Source: an uncultured Acidimicrobiales bacterium (lineage in GTDB: Bacteria > Actinomycetota > Acidimicrobiia > Acidimicrobiales > Aldehydirespiratoraceae). Taken from it: a stretch of DNA of 64,000 nt. The position numbers were made by a program, and so were the translations under genes. The notes under the pieces were generated by a model. That model saw nothing but the letters and a program-made list of their open reading frames with translations. It was not told the origin of the DNA and ran no database searches. The first letter of the stretch is position 1. Each line of letters opens with the position of its first letter. The stretch is from the NCBI GenBank assembly GCA_905480195.1, contig CAJQPN010000044.1, positions 12,162-76,161 of the forward strand, given 5' to 3'. Below are positions 38,238 through 47,794 of the stretch, piece after piece.

Positions 38238-39509
38238 GTGACGACCGTGCCCATCGAGTTCGACCCTGAGGTCATCGCAGCGAGTTCCGCGCCCGAGCAA
38301 CAGATGTATCGAGCCGAGAACTCCTCGACCGAACCGATGAAGTCGGTGCTCGAGAACAACCCCGAGATCTACTTCGTCGAGCCCAAGCGGGGCGCCGACT
38401 GGGGTACGTGGGAATACCGGGCCGGCTCGTACTACGACACCACCATCGGGGCGAAGCACGAGTACTGGTGCGACCACGACCTACCGCAAGAGACCAAGGA
38501 CATCGACCGACTCCGTCGCGACTTCGTGACATGGGGCTACTGCAAGGTCGAGGCAGCGTTGTCGCCGGCACAGGTCGCAGCGGTGCAGGAACGACTGCTC
38601 GCCCAAGCCGAAGGGGAGCGGCGGGCAAAGATCGCGCAGAAGACCCCGAGCGGACAGAACATCAACTCGTGCGTCAACAAGGGCGAGTGCTTCGAGCAGT
38701 TGATCGAGCAGCATCCGTCGATCATGCAAGGGGGTCCGCTGGTCGAGCAGTTGGTCACCGAGGCGCTCGGTCCGGGCTGGATCTGTACGTCGCTGATCGG
38801 AGCGATCTCGCTTCGGGGCGGCGTTCCCCAGGCACTCCATCAGGACCAGGGCAACGACCTCGACGCCACCAACCCGATGACGATCAACCTGCTGATTGCG
38901 ATCACCGACCTCGACGAGACCACCGGCGGAACGCTCATCATCCCGGGTAGCCACACGATCCTCGCCGAGGCCCTCCGCAAGGGCGAGGCGGTCGGCAAGC
39001 TGCCACCGGCGATCAACATTGATGCAAAGGCCGGCACCGTGGTGATCACCGATGGGCGCATCCTTCACGGTACGGGGATCAACCACACCGACGAGCCGCG
39101 GATCGTGATGCTCAACGGCATGCAGAAGCCGTACCTGCGCCAACAGGAAAACTGGATGCTGTCGGTCCGACCGGAGGTGCTCGCGCGGGCGAGTCCGAAG
39201 CTGCTGCACCGGATGGGCTTCCAAGCCACAACCGGTACCCAAACCAACGAGGGCCACGGGTTCGGTGCACGTGGGCTCGTCGGTGAGGAAGCAGGCGCAA
39301 CGGTCGGCTTCCGGAAGGCGGCCGACGCCGGGACCTACCTCCGAGTCGGCGAACTCGGTCCCGAGTCGACCGAGGCCGATCTGCAGGCCGATTACACCTT
39401 GCGCGAGGTAGTCGGGCGGGCGCGTTCAGGTGGTCGAAGCGCGCCGACCGGGATCACCGGGCTACGCGGCCCGTCCGGGGTTCAACAAGACGCCGATTTC
39501 ACGGGCTGA
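38238..39509 (+). CDS. phytanoyl-CoA dioxygenase (PhyH) family protein
   Basis: QALHQDQ, GGTLIIPGSH, LHGTGIN..R, LRQQEN; start uncertain (38202-38247). Confidence 0.85.
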   Translation: MTTVPIEFDPEVIAASSAPEQQMYRAENSSTEPMKSVLENNPEIYFVEPKRGADWGTWEYRAGSYYDTTIGAKHEYWCDHDLPQETKDIDRLRRDFVTWGYCKVEAALSPAQVAAVQERLLAQAEGERRAKIAQKTPSGQNINSCVNKGECFEQLIEQHPSIMQGGPLVEQLVTEALGPGWICTSLIGAISLRGGVPQALHQDQGNDLDATNPMTINLLIAITDLDETTGGTLIIPGSHTILAEALRKGEAVGKLPPAINIDAKAGTVVITDGRILHGTGINHTDEPRIVMLNGMQKPYLRQQENWMLSVRPEVLARASPKLLHRMGFQATTGTQTNEGHGFGARGLVGEEAGATVGFRKAADAGTYLRVGELGPESTEADLQADYTLREVVGRARSGGRSAPTGITGLRGPSGVQQDADFTG

Positions 39510-39562
39510 GCAGACGTCGGCGATCGATCGCTTCGCATCCGTCGGCAGCGCGGAGCCATGTC

Positions 39563-42457
39563 TCAGCTGTCGCTGCGATCGATGGCTCGCGTGTCGGTAC
39601 CGAGGTAACTCGCAACGACGGCGGGGTTGTTGCGAACGCTGTCGGGGTCGCCTTCCGCGATGACCGAGCCCGACTCCAGGCAGTACACCCGATCGCTGAT
39701 CCGCATGATCAGCGGCATGTCGTGCTCGATGATCAACATCGAGGCGCCGAGTTCGCGGCGGATCTCCTGGATGAGCGGCCCGAAGGCTTCCGTCTCCCGC
39801 TGGGCGACCCCTGCGGTGGGCTCGTCGAGGCAGAGGAGCTTGGCGTCGACGGCAAGCAGGCCGGCCAGTTCGACGATACGGCGGGTCCCGGTCGAGAGAT
39901 CGCTGATGAAGCTGTTGGCGTAGCGACCCAGGCCGAGGAAGGCGATGAGTTCGTCGGCCTCGGCCCGTTGGGCGCGCTCGATACGCCCGTCGAGAAAGAG
40001 GGCGCTACGGATGAAGGACGACCGGCGCCGAGCCTCGAGCGCAACCTGGATCGTCTGGCGCACCGTAAGTTCGGGGAACAGGGTGGCGGACTGGAAGGTG
40101 CGGCCGAGACCGGCTGAGGCACGGGCGGTAGGCGAGATTGCGCTGACGTCGTCGCCGAGCAGTTCGATCCGGCCGGTCGAGGACACGAAGCCACCGACTG
40201 CGTTCATAAACGTCGACTTGCCGGCACCGTTGGTCCCGATGAGTCCGACGATTTCGTCGCGCCGCACTTCGATCGACACGTCATCGACGGCAGTGAGCCC
40301 TCCGAACTTGACTTTCACGTCGGAGGTGCGAAGCACGACCTGGGGGATATCGCGGGCTTCACGGTGAACAACACTGACGGGAGCCGAGATGGTTGACGCC
40401 GTCTTGGCACTGTGCCCGAGTCGGCGTTCGGCACCGCTGATGATGAGGTTGCGGGCGCTGTTGGCAACCTGGATGAAGCCACCTGGGAAGTACATCAGCA
40501 CGACGAGCAGGCCGATCGATGATGTGAAGAGCGGCACAACATCGTTGTCGGGCCAGAACGCAGGAAGGCCCTCGACCCAGACCGCACCGAGCATGGCGCC
40601 GGTGACCGAACCGAGCCCCCCGATCACGGCGATGCCGACGACCTGGAGCGAGTCGTTGATGAGGAAGTGGGCCTCGGCGTAGCGAATTGTGGGAAGGAGG
40701 TTGGCGAACAACCCGCCGGCCAGACCGGCGACGAAGCCCGCGAGTGCGAAGGCGAGGAGCTTCGTGCGGGTGGGGCTGACGGTGTATGCCGATGCCGTGT
40801 CGGGGTTGTCGCGCACCGCGAGGATCCGTCGACCGATCGCCCCGTTCCGGAGGCGGTTGAGGATCAGCAGAGCAACGAGCGCCACAGCCAGCGAAAACAG
40901 GAAATATGCCTGCCCGCTCGCAAGGTCGAGGCCAAAGATCGAGCCCCGAGGGAACGATGGTGTCCGCTCGCCTCCAGAGAAGAACGGCCGCTGGTAGAGA
41001 TAGTCGAACGCGGCAATCGCGAACGCGAAGGTCGAGACCGCGAGCATCAGGCCGCGAACGCGAAGCGCCCCGATGCCGGTCAGCGCTGCGATCGCTGCTG
41101 TGACAAGAGCAGCGACGACGATGGCGACCGGAGCCACGAGGCCTACGAGCTGGAAGTCGAGCAGGCGGGTGTTGCCCCAGCCGACGTCGAGCGAGAAGCC
41201 GACGTGAAGTTTGTAGGCCATGAGACCACCGAGGCCGGCGTACGCCATCTGGGCGAGTGAGAGCTGTCCTGACCAGCCGGTGACGACGGTCACCGATGCG
41301 GCGCACAGACCGAAGACGATCACGGTCGTGTACAGGAAGAAGCGCGATGGTGTGATGTCGATCAGGGGAAGGCTCTCGTGGAACCACGTGATGGCGATCA
41401 CGACGAGCAGCGCAGCCGTCACGGCCAGGCGCGAGAGGTTCCGGATCCACCAGATCTCGCGAACATGATCGGGGATTGGCGGCACCTTTGGGGTGAACGC
41501 CATCAGCTCGTCATCGGTGGAACGGGCCTGGCGCCACACGGCAATGAAGACGATGCCGAAGAACACGAAGCTGGCGAAGCCCTGGTCGACGACGTCCCAG
41601 AGCCGCCACCAGGTGACGAGACCGCTGAGCAGGCCGATGAAGATCCCGCCGAGCATCGCCCGCGGGAAGGAACGCATTCCTGCGATGACTGCCGCCACGA
41701 GCGCGAGGTTCAGCGTGCCGTAGCCCAGATTTTGCACACCGGTCGTCGGTCCGCCGCTCGAGAGCAAGCTCATCGTGAGCGTCGCCAGCAGGCCACTCAT
41801 CACCCACACGATCGTGGAGACGGTGCGCGGTCGGATGCCGGCCAGTCGAGCGAGGGGAGCATTGTCGGCCGACGCCGTGACCGCCTTGCCGAACGTCGTG
41901 CGGTTGAGCCACAACGCCAGACCCACGGTGATGATCGGCACCATGATCAGCGTCTGGACCTGCGCTCCTCTGATGGCAATACCGGCAACGTTGAAGTCGG
42001 AGCTGATCGCTGCGGGGAAACCGATCTGCGCATTGTCGGTCGGCATGTCGGGGAGCTGTGCATTGGCCGCCGCAAGGAGCTGCGCGAGACCGACCGACGC
42101 GACGAGCAGGATCACCCGTGGTTGGTTAAAGAGTCGCCAGATGACGGTGAGATCGATGGCGAGGCCGATCGCCATGCCGAGCAGCAGACTGACCGCAAGG
42201 GCAGGCCAGAACGGCCAGTCCCACTTGACCACCAGCAGTGCAAAGAGGGTGGCACCGGGCAGGCCCATGTTGCCGACGGCGAAGTTGATGACCTTGGTCG
42301 ACCGGTAGGTCAGCACGATACCGAGCGCCAACAGGCCGATGTTGAGGCCGTACACGGCGCTGTCGAACAGCACCTTGCGGGTCGGGGGCTGCTCCCAGAG
42401 CGGCGAAAGTGCGCCGAGCAAACCGGCGAAGACCTGGCCGAGAACCTGCCCGAGCAT
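39563..42457 (-). CDS. fused Liv-type ABC transporter: LivH-like + LivM-like permeases + LivG-like ATPase
   Basis: YRSTKVINFA, GQLSLAQ, GRRILAVRDN, then GTNGAGKS, RTFQ, LSTG, LDEPTAG, IEHDM; 964 aa. Confidence 0.92.
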   Translation of the reverse strand: MLGQVLGQVFAGLLGALSPLWEQPPTRKVLFDSAVYGLNIGLLALGIVLTYRSTKVINFAVGNMGLPGATLFALLVVKWDWPFWPALAVSLLLGMAIGLAIDLTVIWRLFNQPRVILLVASVGLAQLLAAANAQLPDMPTDNAQIGFPAAISSDFNVAGIAIRGAQVQTLIMVPIITVGLALWLNRTTFGKAVTASADNAPLARLAGIRPRTVSTIVWVMSGLLATLTMSLLSSGGPTTGVQNLGYGTLNLALVAAVIAGMRSFPRAMLGGIFIGLLSGLVTWWRLWDVVDQGFASFVFFGIVFIAVWRQARSTDDELMAFTPKVPPIPDHVREIWWIRNLSRLAVTAALLVVIAITWFHESLPLIDITPSRFFLYTTVIVFGLCAASVTVVTGWSGQLSLAQMAYAGLGGLMAYKLHVGFSLDVGWGNTRLLDFQLVGLVAPVAIVVAALVTAAIAALTGIGALRVRGLMLAVSTFAFAIAAFDYLYQRPFFSGGERTPSFPRGSIFGLDLASGQAYFLFSLAVALVALLILNRLRNGAIGRRILAVRDNPDTASAYTVSPTRTKLLAFALAGFVAGLAGGLFANLLPTIRYAEAHFLINDSLQVVGIAVIGGLGSVTGAMLGAVWVEGLPAFWPDNDVVPLFTSSIGLLVVLMYFPGGFIQVANSARNLIISGAERRLGHSAKTASTISAPVSVVHREARDIPQVVLRTSDVKVKFGGLTAVDDVSIEVRRDEIVGLIGTNGAGKSTFMNAVGGFVSSTGRIELLGDDVSAISPTARASAGLGRTFQSATLFPELTVRQTIQVALEARRRSSFIRSALFLDGRIERAQRAEADELIAFLGLGRYANSFISDLSTGTRRIVELAGLLAVDAKLLCLDEPTAGVAQRETEAFGPLIQEIRRELGASMLIIEHDMPLIMRISDRVYCLESGSVIAEGDPDSVRNNPAVVASYLGTDTRAIDRSDS

Positions 42458-44724
42458 CAGCCACCCTCCGACCCGAGGAAGACGGCACGGGCAAGATCGT
42501 CACGCTCGGCGAGCTCGTGTGCCGGACCCTCGAACCGGACCTGGCCCTTCTCGAGGAACACGGCCCGATCTGCGATTGCGAGCGCGACGTTGAGCGACTG
42601 CTCGACGACGATCATCGTTTGGCCTGCTGCCCGCAGCGTGTCGATGTGACTGAGGAGATCCTGCACCACGGTCGGGGCGAGACCGAGGCTGAGTTCGTCG
42701 ATGATCAAGACGTCGGGCTCGTGGAGCATGACGCGCCCCAACGCAAGCATTTGCTGCTGGCCGCCCGAGAGATCACCGGCTCTGGTGGCCTGGTGCTCGG
42801 CGAGAGCGGGAAACAGGCCGAATACCTTTGCGATTCGGCGTTCGACCGCAGCTTTGTCTCGGCGGTACCGGAACGCCCCCATCTCGAGGTTTTCTCGAAC
42901 CGTCATCGATGGGAAGACGCCACGACCGCCGGGGAGCATCTCGATCCCGAGCTTGCCGCGAACTTCTGGCGTGGCGAACGTGATGGTGCGACCGTCGAGG
43001 CGCACAACACCGCGCTCGGGTGTAACGAGGCCGGTGATGACGTTGAGGATCGTCGACTTTCCTGCACCGTTGGTGCCGAGAAGCGCGAGCGTCTCACCCT
43101 TGCGGACCTCGAACGAGAGGTCGAACAGTACTTGGACCTGGCCGTAGCTGAAGTCGACCTGGTTGACCTGGATCGCTGGGATGTTGTCGGGATCGTCGGC
43201 CTGGCGGCGTTGCTCATCCTGCTCCTCGCGCAGTTCGGAAACGACCAGGCTGAGATCGCGACGCATGCGGCGTGATCCCTGCACCATGAAGAAGCCGCCC
43301 AACGGCATGAACAGCATCGTGAGTGCGATGATCGTGGGCCGTTCGCCGACTGCGTCTTGCAGGAAGGCCGAGATCAGGCCGCCGGCGATGCCGCCGCCGG
43401 CGAACATGAAGAACGTGATGATCGCTGTGCCCATGCCTCGTAGGCGGTACGGGACAACGCTCTGGATCGACGGTTGGATCATTGCGAACGAGGCACCGAG
43501 GAACGTCATGTTGAATGCGCCGACAACGACGAAGGCGAGGAGTGCCCACGGAATCGTGGCGGTGCCGAGAGGCCCGAAGTCGAAGACTGCCCGGTTCTCA
43601 AGCAAGCTCGGCATGGCGTATTGCAGCGGCACAAGCAAGGTTGACGGCAGGAGGAGAAGGCCGAGAATCTTCATAGCGCCGTCGGGGTTGGTGCGGAAGG
43701 TCCGGTCGAACTTTCGCCCGACCCACGGCAGGAAGAAGATCAGCAGGACGCCCGACGGCGCGACAGCGAAACCACGTTCGAGCGCATCGAGCCCGAACTC
43801 CTCTTCGAGGAAAAAGCTCTGGATCGACTGTGCGGGGAACAACGCGAAGCCGATTGCGACCATCGCCAACGTCATGTACCGAATCGTGTCGATCCGCCAG
43901 ATGCGGGCGAAGGCCGCTTCGACCGAAATCGGGACCTCTTCGCGCGCTTCGAGTCCCGCTCCGAGAACGTCTTTTTTCTCCCACTGGCCCCGTTCGGGTT
44001 CGGGGATGAAGAACGCGAGCAGACCCATCACAGCGACGGGAACGCCGAGAACGAAATATGCCCATCGCCAGCCGGCAGCGCCCCCGGCAATGGCGGCGAT
44101 GCCACCGACGAGGATCGGCGACGCCGCAGAGAAGATACGCCCGACGCCCTGATTGGTGGCATACATGCGGCCGCGGGTGGCGATCGGATAGGTGTCGGCG
44201 AGCAAGGTGCTGTGGACCGTGATGGTGTTCGCCTTGCTGATACCGGTGAAGAATCGTGCGACGAACAGGTTGAAGGCGTTCACTGCCGCGCCCGACAAAA
44301 ACGCGAAGACCCCGAACGCGAGGCTGGCGAAGCCGACGATTGGGCCACGGCGCATGCGGTCGGCGAGCCAACCCATCGGTCCGGCACCGAGCACGAAGAA
44401 TGCGACCGACGCAGTGGAGATGAACGTGATCGTGCCATCGCTGACATCGAAGGTCTCGGCGATGTCGGGCCCGAGGATCGTGATAGCCGACTGCTCGAGC
44501 TCGTCGAGCGAGTTGAGGATGAGCAGCACGATGAAGGTGAAGAAGCCGCCCTTGCGGAGGCCTTCCTTGAGTGGCATCTCTTCGCCGCCGACTCCGGGCA
44601 GGAGGTCATCGGCGAAGATGACGTCGTCGGAGCGCTTCGCTTGTGCGGCCTGGCGGGCAGCTTCTTCGTCGAGTACGGCGGCGGTCAGCGACGCCGCACG
44701 GTGCTGCTGCTCGTCGTCGGTCAC
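42457..44724 (-). CDS. MFS permease fused to a LivF-like ABC ATPase
   Basis: N-terminal MFS (GWLADRMRRG motif A, ARFFTG, GWRWAY) then GTNGAGKS, LSGGQQQM, IDELSLGLAP, VEQS; 755 aa. Confidence 0.9.
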   Translation of the reverse strand: MTDDEQQHRAASLTAAVLDEEAARQAAQAKRSDDVIFADDLLPGVGGEEMPLKEGLRKGGFFTFIVLLILNSLDELEQSAITILGPDIAETFDVSDGTITFISTASVAFFVLGAGPMGWLADRMRRGPIVGFASLAFGVFAFLSGAAVNAFNLFVARFFTGISKANTITVHSTLLADTYPIATRGRMYATNQGVGRIFSAASPILVGGIAAIAGGAAGWRWAYFVLGVPVAVMGLLAFFIPEPERGQWEKKDVLGAGLEAREEVPISVEAAFARIWRIDTIRYMTLAMVAIGFALFPAQSIQSFFLEEEFGLDALERGFAVAPSGVLLIFFLPWVGRKFDRTFRTNPDGAMKILGLLLLPSTLLVPLQYAMPSLLENRAVFDFGPLGTATIPWALLAFVVVGAFNMTFLGASFAMIQPSIQSVVPYRLRGMGTAIITFFMFAGGGIAGGLISAFLQDAVGERPTIIALTMLFMPLGGFFMVQGSRRMRRDLSLVVSELREEQDEQRRQADDPDNIPAIQVNQVDFSYGQVQVLFDLSFEVRKGETLALLGTNGAGKSTILNVITGLVTPERGVVRLDGRTITFATPEVRGKLGIEMLPGGRGVFPSMTVRENLEMGAFRYRRDKAAVERRIAKVFGLFPALAEHQATRAGDLSGGQQQMLALGRVMLHEPDVLIIDELSLGLAPTVVQDLLSHIDTLRAAGQTMIVVEQSLNVALAIADRAVFLEKGQVRFEGPAHELAERDDLARAVFLGSEGG

Positions 44725-44802
44725 TCGTCCCCCTGACGCCCCTTGACAGGGGTGACCATAGGCGCGTTCACAGGGTGCGGACTAGCTGATTCTGACGCAC
44801 CG

Positions 44803-45573
44803 TCAGGAGTCGTCACCCGACCCGTTTCTGCGGGCGGTGCTCGGTGGGCCGGCGCTCGTGTGACGGGTGTTCGGCGGGTCGACCGCCCAGGCAGGTGTGC
44901 TTCCCCACGGGCCGTCGAACACAAAGTGGTCGAGAGGTCGTCGTCGAACTGGTCCGTGACCGCCGACCGGCTTGCCAACCGTGACCGTGGCCGCCAACAA
45001 GGCATCGTCGGGTATCTGCAACAAGGTGCGCAGTTCGAGCTCCACCGGAAGGTGCCACATTGCGACCACGCCGCCGTAGCCGAGCCCACGAGCAGCGAGG
45101 AGGAGGTTCTGCACGGCCGGGTAGATCGACGATCCCTCGGTCTCGGTCGGCTCTCGGTAGCGGAGCAGGACGGGCAAGATCAATGCCGGTACGGTCGCGA
45201 GGCTGGCGATGTGTTCGTCCATCGAGCGCGCCATCCGAGCCTTCGGGGAGCCGTCCTCGCTACTTCGGCCCCCCTCGTAGCCGTCGCTACGGCGCTTGGC
45301 CTGCCAGATCCGAGAGGCGGCCTCGGCAACGAGTCGTTTGGCCTCGGCTGCGATCGGACCGTCGGTCAGCACGATTAAACGGAACGGCTGCCGGTTGCTG
45401 CCGGTCGGTGCCCGGCTGGCGGCGAAACAGATGTCGCGCAGAACGTCATCGGGGACGGGTTCGTTGCGATATCGGCGAATCGATCGAGTACTGGCGATTC
45501 CCTCGAGGAGACCGACCGTGTCGGTGGCGACCGGCGTTTCGGCGAGCGGATTGGTCGACTCGTCGTCGGTCAT
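44803..45573 (-). CDS. nitroreductase family protein
   Basis: RSIRRY..PVP, APTGSNRQP, AVQNLLLAARGLGYG. Confidence 0.9.
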   Translation of the reverse strand: MTDDESTNPLAETPVATDTVGLLEGIASTRSIRRYRNEPVPDDVLRDICFAASRAPTGSNRQPFRLIVLTDGPIAAEAKRLVAEAASRIWQAKRRSDGYEGGRSSEDGSPKARMARSMDEHIASLATVPALILPVLLRYREPTETEGSSIYPAVQNLLLAARGLGYGGVVAMWHLPVELELRTLLQIPDDALLAATVTVGKPVGGHGPVRRRPLDHFVFDGPWGSTPAWAVDPPNTRHTSAGPPSTARRNGSGDDS

Positions 45574-45648
45574 GGACGCCACCCTAGGCCGCTCATCTGC
45601 GGTGGACCGTCGGATCGCTCCGGGGTCGGTGTTGTACGCTCACCGTCC

Positions 45649-46830
45649 GTGGCCCCGAAATCCAAGGCGTTCATTCCGAATGCGCCGGATGAACTGACGC
45701 CGGAATGGATCACCGCAGCGCTCCGCAGTGCCGGGGCTCAGGGTGCCGTCACCGGGCTGACGGTCGAACCACTTTCCGGCGGTGGAATCGGCATGACGGG
45801 CCAGACCGTGCGGGTTCGGCTCGAACGCAGCGCCGATGCCGACCGCATCCCCGAGACGGTCGTTGCCAAGTTCGCCGCGTCGGACCCCCAGACCCGCGGT
45901 CTGATCGAGGTCTACGACTCCTATGCACGCGAGATCCGCTTTTATCAGCGCTATGCCGACCGCATGCCGGTGCGGGTCCCGACCTACTTCGGCGCCGACT
46001 ACGACCCTGGTTCGTCGGGCCAGGCCGGTCCTGTCATGCGGCGCTTCATCGATGCGCTGCCAGTTGGGGTGAAGATCTGGATCTCGAAGAACACCGTCAG
46101 GTACATGCGGCCGTCGAAGCGTCGCTACGCGTTGCTGATCGAAGATATGGGCGCGTTCGGCTCCGTTCACGACCTCACCTCACCGCCCGACGACGCCCAG
46201 GTCGCCGCCGCCCTCGAGGTCTTCGCTGCGATTCACGCCCGGTTTTGGAACGACGCCTCGTTGGCCGGTGATGACACGTTCGACGTCATCACCACGACCA
46301 CCCCTCGCCTCCTCTCCGACGTCGCTCGCCGGCGAGCGTTGCCACTTGCGAGCGATCGGTACGGCTGGCTCGGTGACGAGGAGCGCGTTCGGCTGTTGGA
46401 GGCGTGCGACCGCTTCGGCGACGACCTCGCGTGCATGAACCAACCGGTCACGCTTGTGCATGGCGATCCACGCACCGACAACCTCATGTACACGCCGGAT
46501 GGTTCGGTGATCCTGCTCGACTGGGCGCTAGCCGCAAACGGGCACCCAGGCTGGGACGTGGGTTATCTGCTGTCGTCATGCCTCGGCCGTGAGCGCATAG
46601 ACGCACGCGATGCATTGGTCGCCGGCTACGAGGATGCGCTTGCCTCGCACGGGGTCGCCGTTGACGGAGCAGGACTCCGAGAAGCCATCGACGCCGCGTA
46701 CCGCGTCGTTGCGGTGCAGCAGCTGCTTGCGCTCTCCATTCTCGAAGGCACCGACGACATGACCGGCGCAGAGATGGCTGACCTGTGGCTGCCTCGGCTG
46801 GCGGCCGGTTTGACCCACCGCTGGGCCTGA
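45649..46830 (+). CDS. APH/choline-kinase-like phosphotransferase
   Basis: VAKF, REIRFY, LLIED, HGDPRTDNL, LLDW. Confidence 0.85.
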   Translation: MAPKSKAFIPNAPDELTPEWITAALRSAGAQGAVTGLTVEPLSGGGIGMTGQTVRVRLERSADADRIPETVVAKFAASDPQTRGLIEVYDSYAREIRFYQRYADRMPVRVPTYFGADYDPGSSGQAGPVMRRFIDALPVGVKIWISKNTVRYMRPSKRRYALLIEDMGAFGSVHDLTSPPDDAQVAAALEVFAAIHARFWNDASLAGDDTFDVITTTTPRLLSDVARRRALPLASDRYGWLGDEERVRLLEACDRFGDDLACMNQPVTLVHGDPRTDNLMYTPDGSVILLDWALAANGHPGWDVGYLLSSCLGRERIDARDALVAGYEDALASHGVAVDGAGLREAIDAAYRVVAVQQLLALSILEGTDDMTGAEMADLWLPRLAAGLTHRWA

Positions 46831-46891
46831 CCGCGCGCTGAACCCAGGCGGAACCTTGTTCGACGGGATTATCGCCCCGGCCCCACCCGGC

Positions 46892-47794
46892 TCAGCCGGG
46901 CCAGCCGTGGTGGGGTGGCACCTCGAACTCACCGATTGCATCGGCGCGGCGATGGAGCAGGTCGACTGTTTCGCGAAGGTCCATGGTGATGATGTAGCGG
47001 CGATCGATCGTTGCCTCGACCACGAAATCACCCTGTGCGTCGAGGTCGGCTTCCTTCACGTCTCGGCCGGCCTTCTCGAGCATCGACTTCATTTCGTCGA
47101 AGGTCATGCTCTTGCGGCCGGTTCCCTCGCCAACCCGTTCCAGGTGCTCGGGTCGGTTGCGTTGGGCAGTGAAGAGCCCGGTCCGTTGCAGCCCCCCGGC
47201 TGGGTAGAAGACGGAGGCTCGGAGCTGCGTTCCCTCGCTGACGAGGTTGTGGTGAAGGGCTTCGGTGAAGCACGAGACGGCCGCTTTTGATGAGGCGTAG
47301 ACCGATGCGGTGGGTACCGGAGCAAATCCGCCGTCTCCTGATGAGGTGTTGACGACGTGCCCGGGCACGCCGCTCTCGATCATGCGCGGTACGAATTCCG
47401 ATACGCAGAAGGCGGTGCCGAACACGTTGACACCGAAGCACCAACGCCAGTCGTTCGGCTCCTGCTGCCAGGGTTTTCCGCCACCACCAGAGGTGACACC
47501 AGCGTTGTTGTAGAGCAAGTTGACCTTGCCGTGGGTGGCGTAGACGTGGTCGGCGAGTGCCTTGACCGACGCCTCGTCGGTGATGTCGGTGCGGTGTCCC
47601 GAGACCGGCCCGAGAGAGGTGAGTTCAGCGGTCGTCTCGTCGATGGCCCGCTGCTCGATGTCGGCGATCACTACGGTGGCCCCCGCTCGAAGCAAGGCGC
47701 CGACGATGCCCTTGCCGATCCCGCTGGCGCCGCCGGTGACGACAGCGACCGAGTCGGCGATGTTGATCGGGAGGAGGTTGACGGGCCCGGTCAT
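46892..47794 (-). CDS. short-chain dehydrogenase/reductase
   Basis: TGGASGIG, NNAG, YASSK; ATGA overlap with the upstream amidohydrolase. Confidence 0.92.
   Translation of the reverse strand: MTGPVNLLPINIADSVAVVTGGASGIGKGIVGALLRAGATVVIADIEQRAIDETTAELTSLGPVSGHRTDITDEASVKALADHVYATHGKVNLLYNNAGVTSGGGGKPWQQEPNDWRWCFGVNVFGTAFCVSEFVPRMIESGVPGHVVNTSSGDGGFAPVPTASVYASSKAAVSCFTEALHHNLVSEGTQLRASVFYPAGGLQRTGLFTAQRNRPEHLERVGEGTGRKSMTFDEMKSMLEKAGRDVKEADLDAQGDFVVEATIDRRYIITMDLRETVDLLHRRADAIGEFEVPPHHGWPG

Noticed and set aside
45649-46830. Aminoglycoside resistance gene
   Set aside because: Only generic APH/choline-kinase-fold motifs; length and context fit a metabolic small-molecule kinase.
46851-46861. 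GAAC-CTT-GTTC as a second SOS box
   Set aside because: Spacer is 3 nt rather than 4, and it lies between convergent gene ends.
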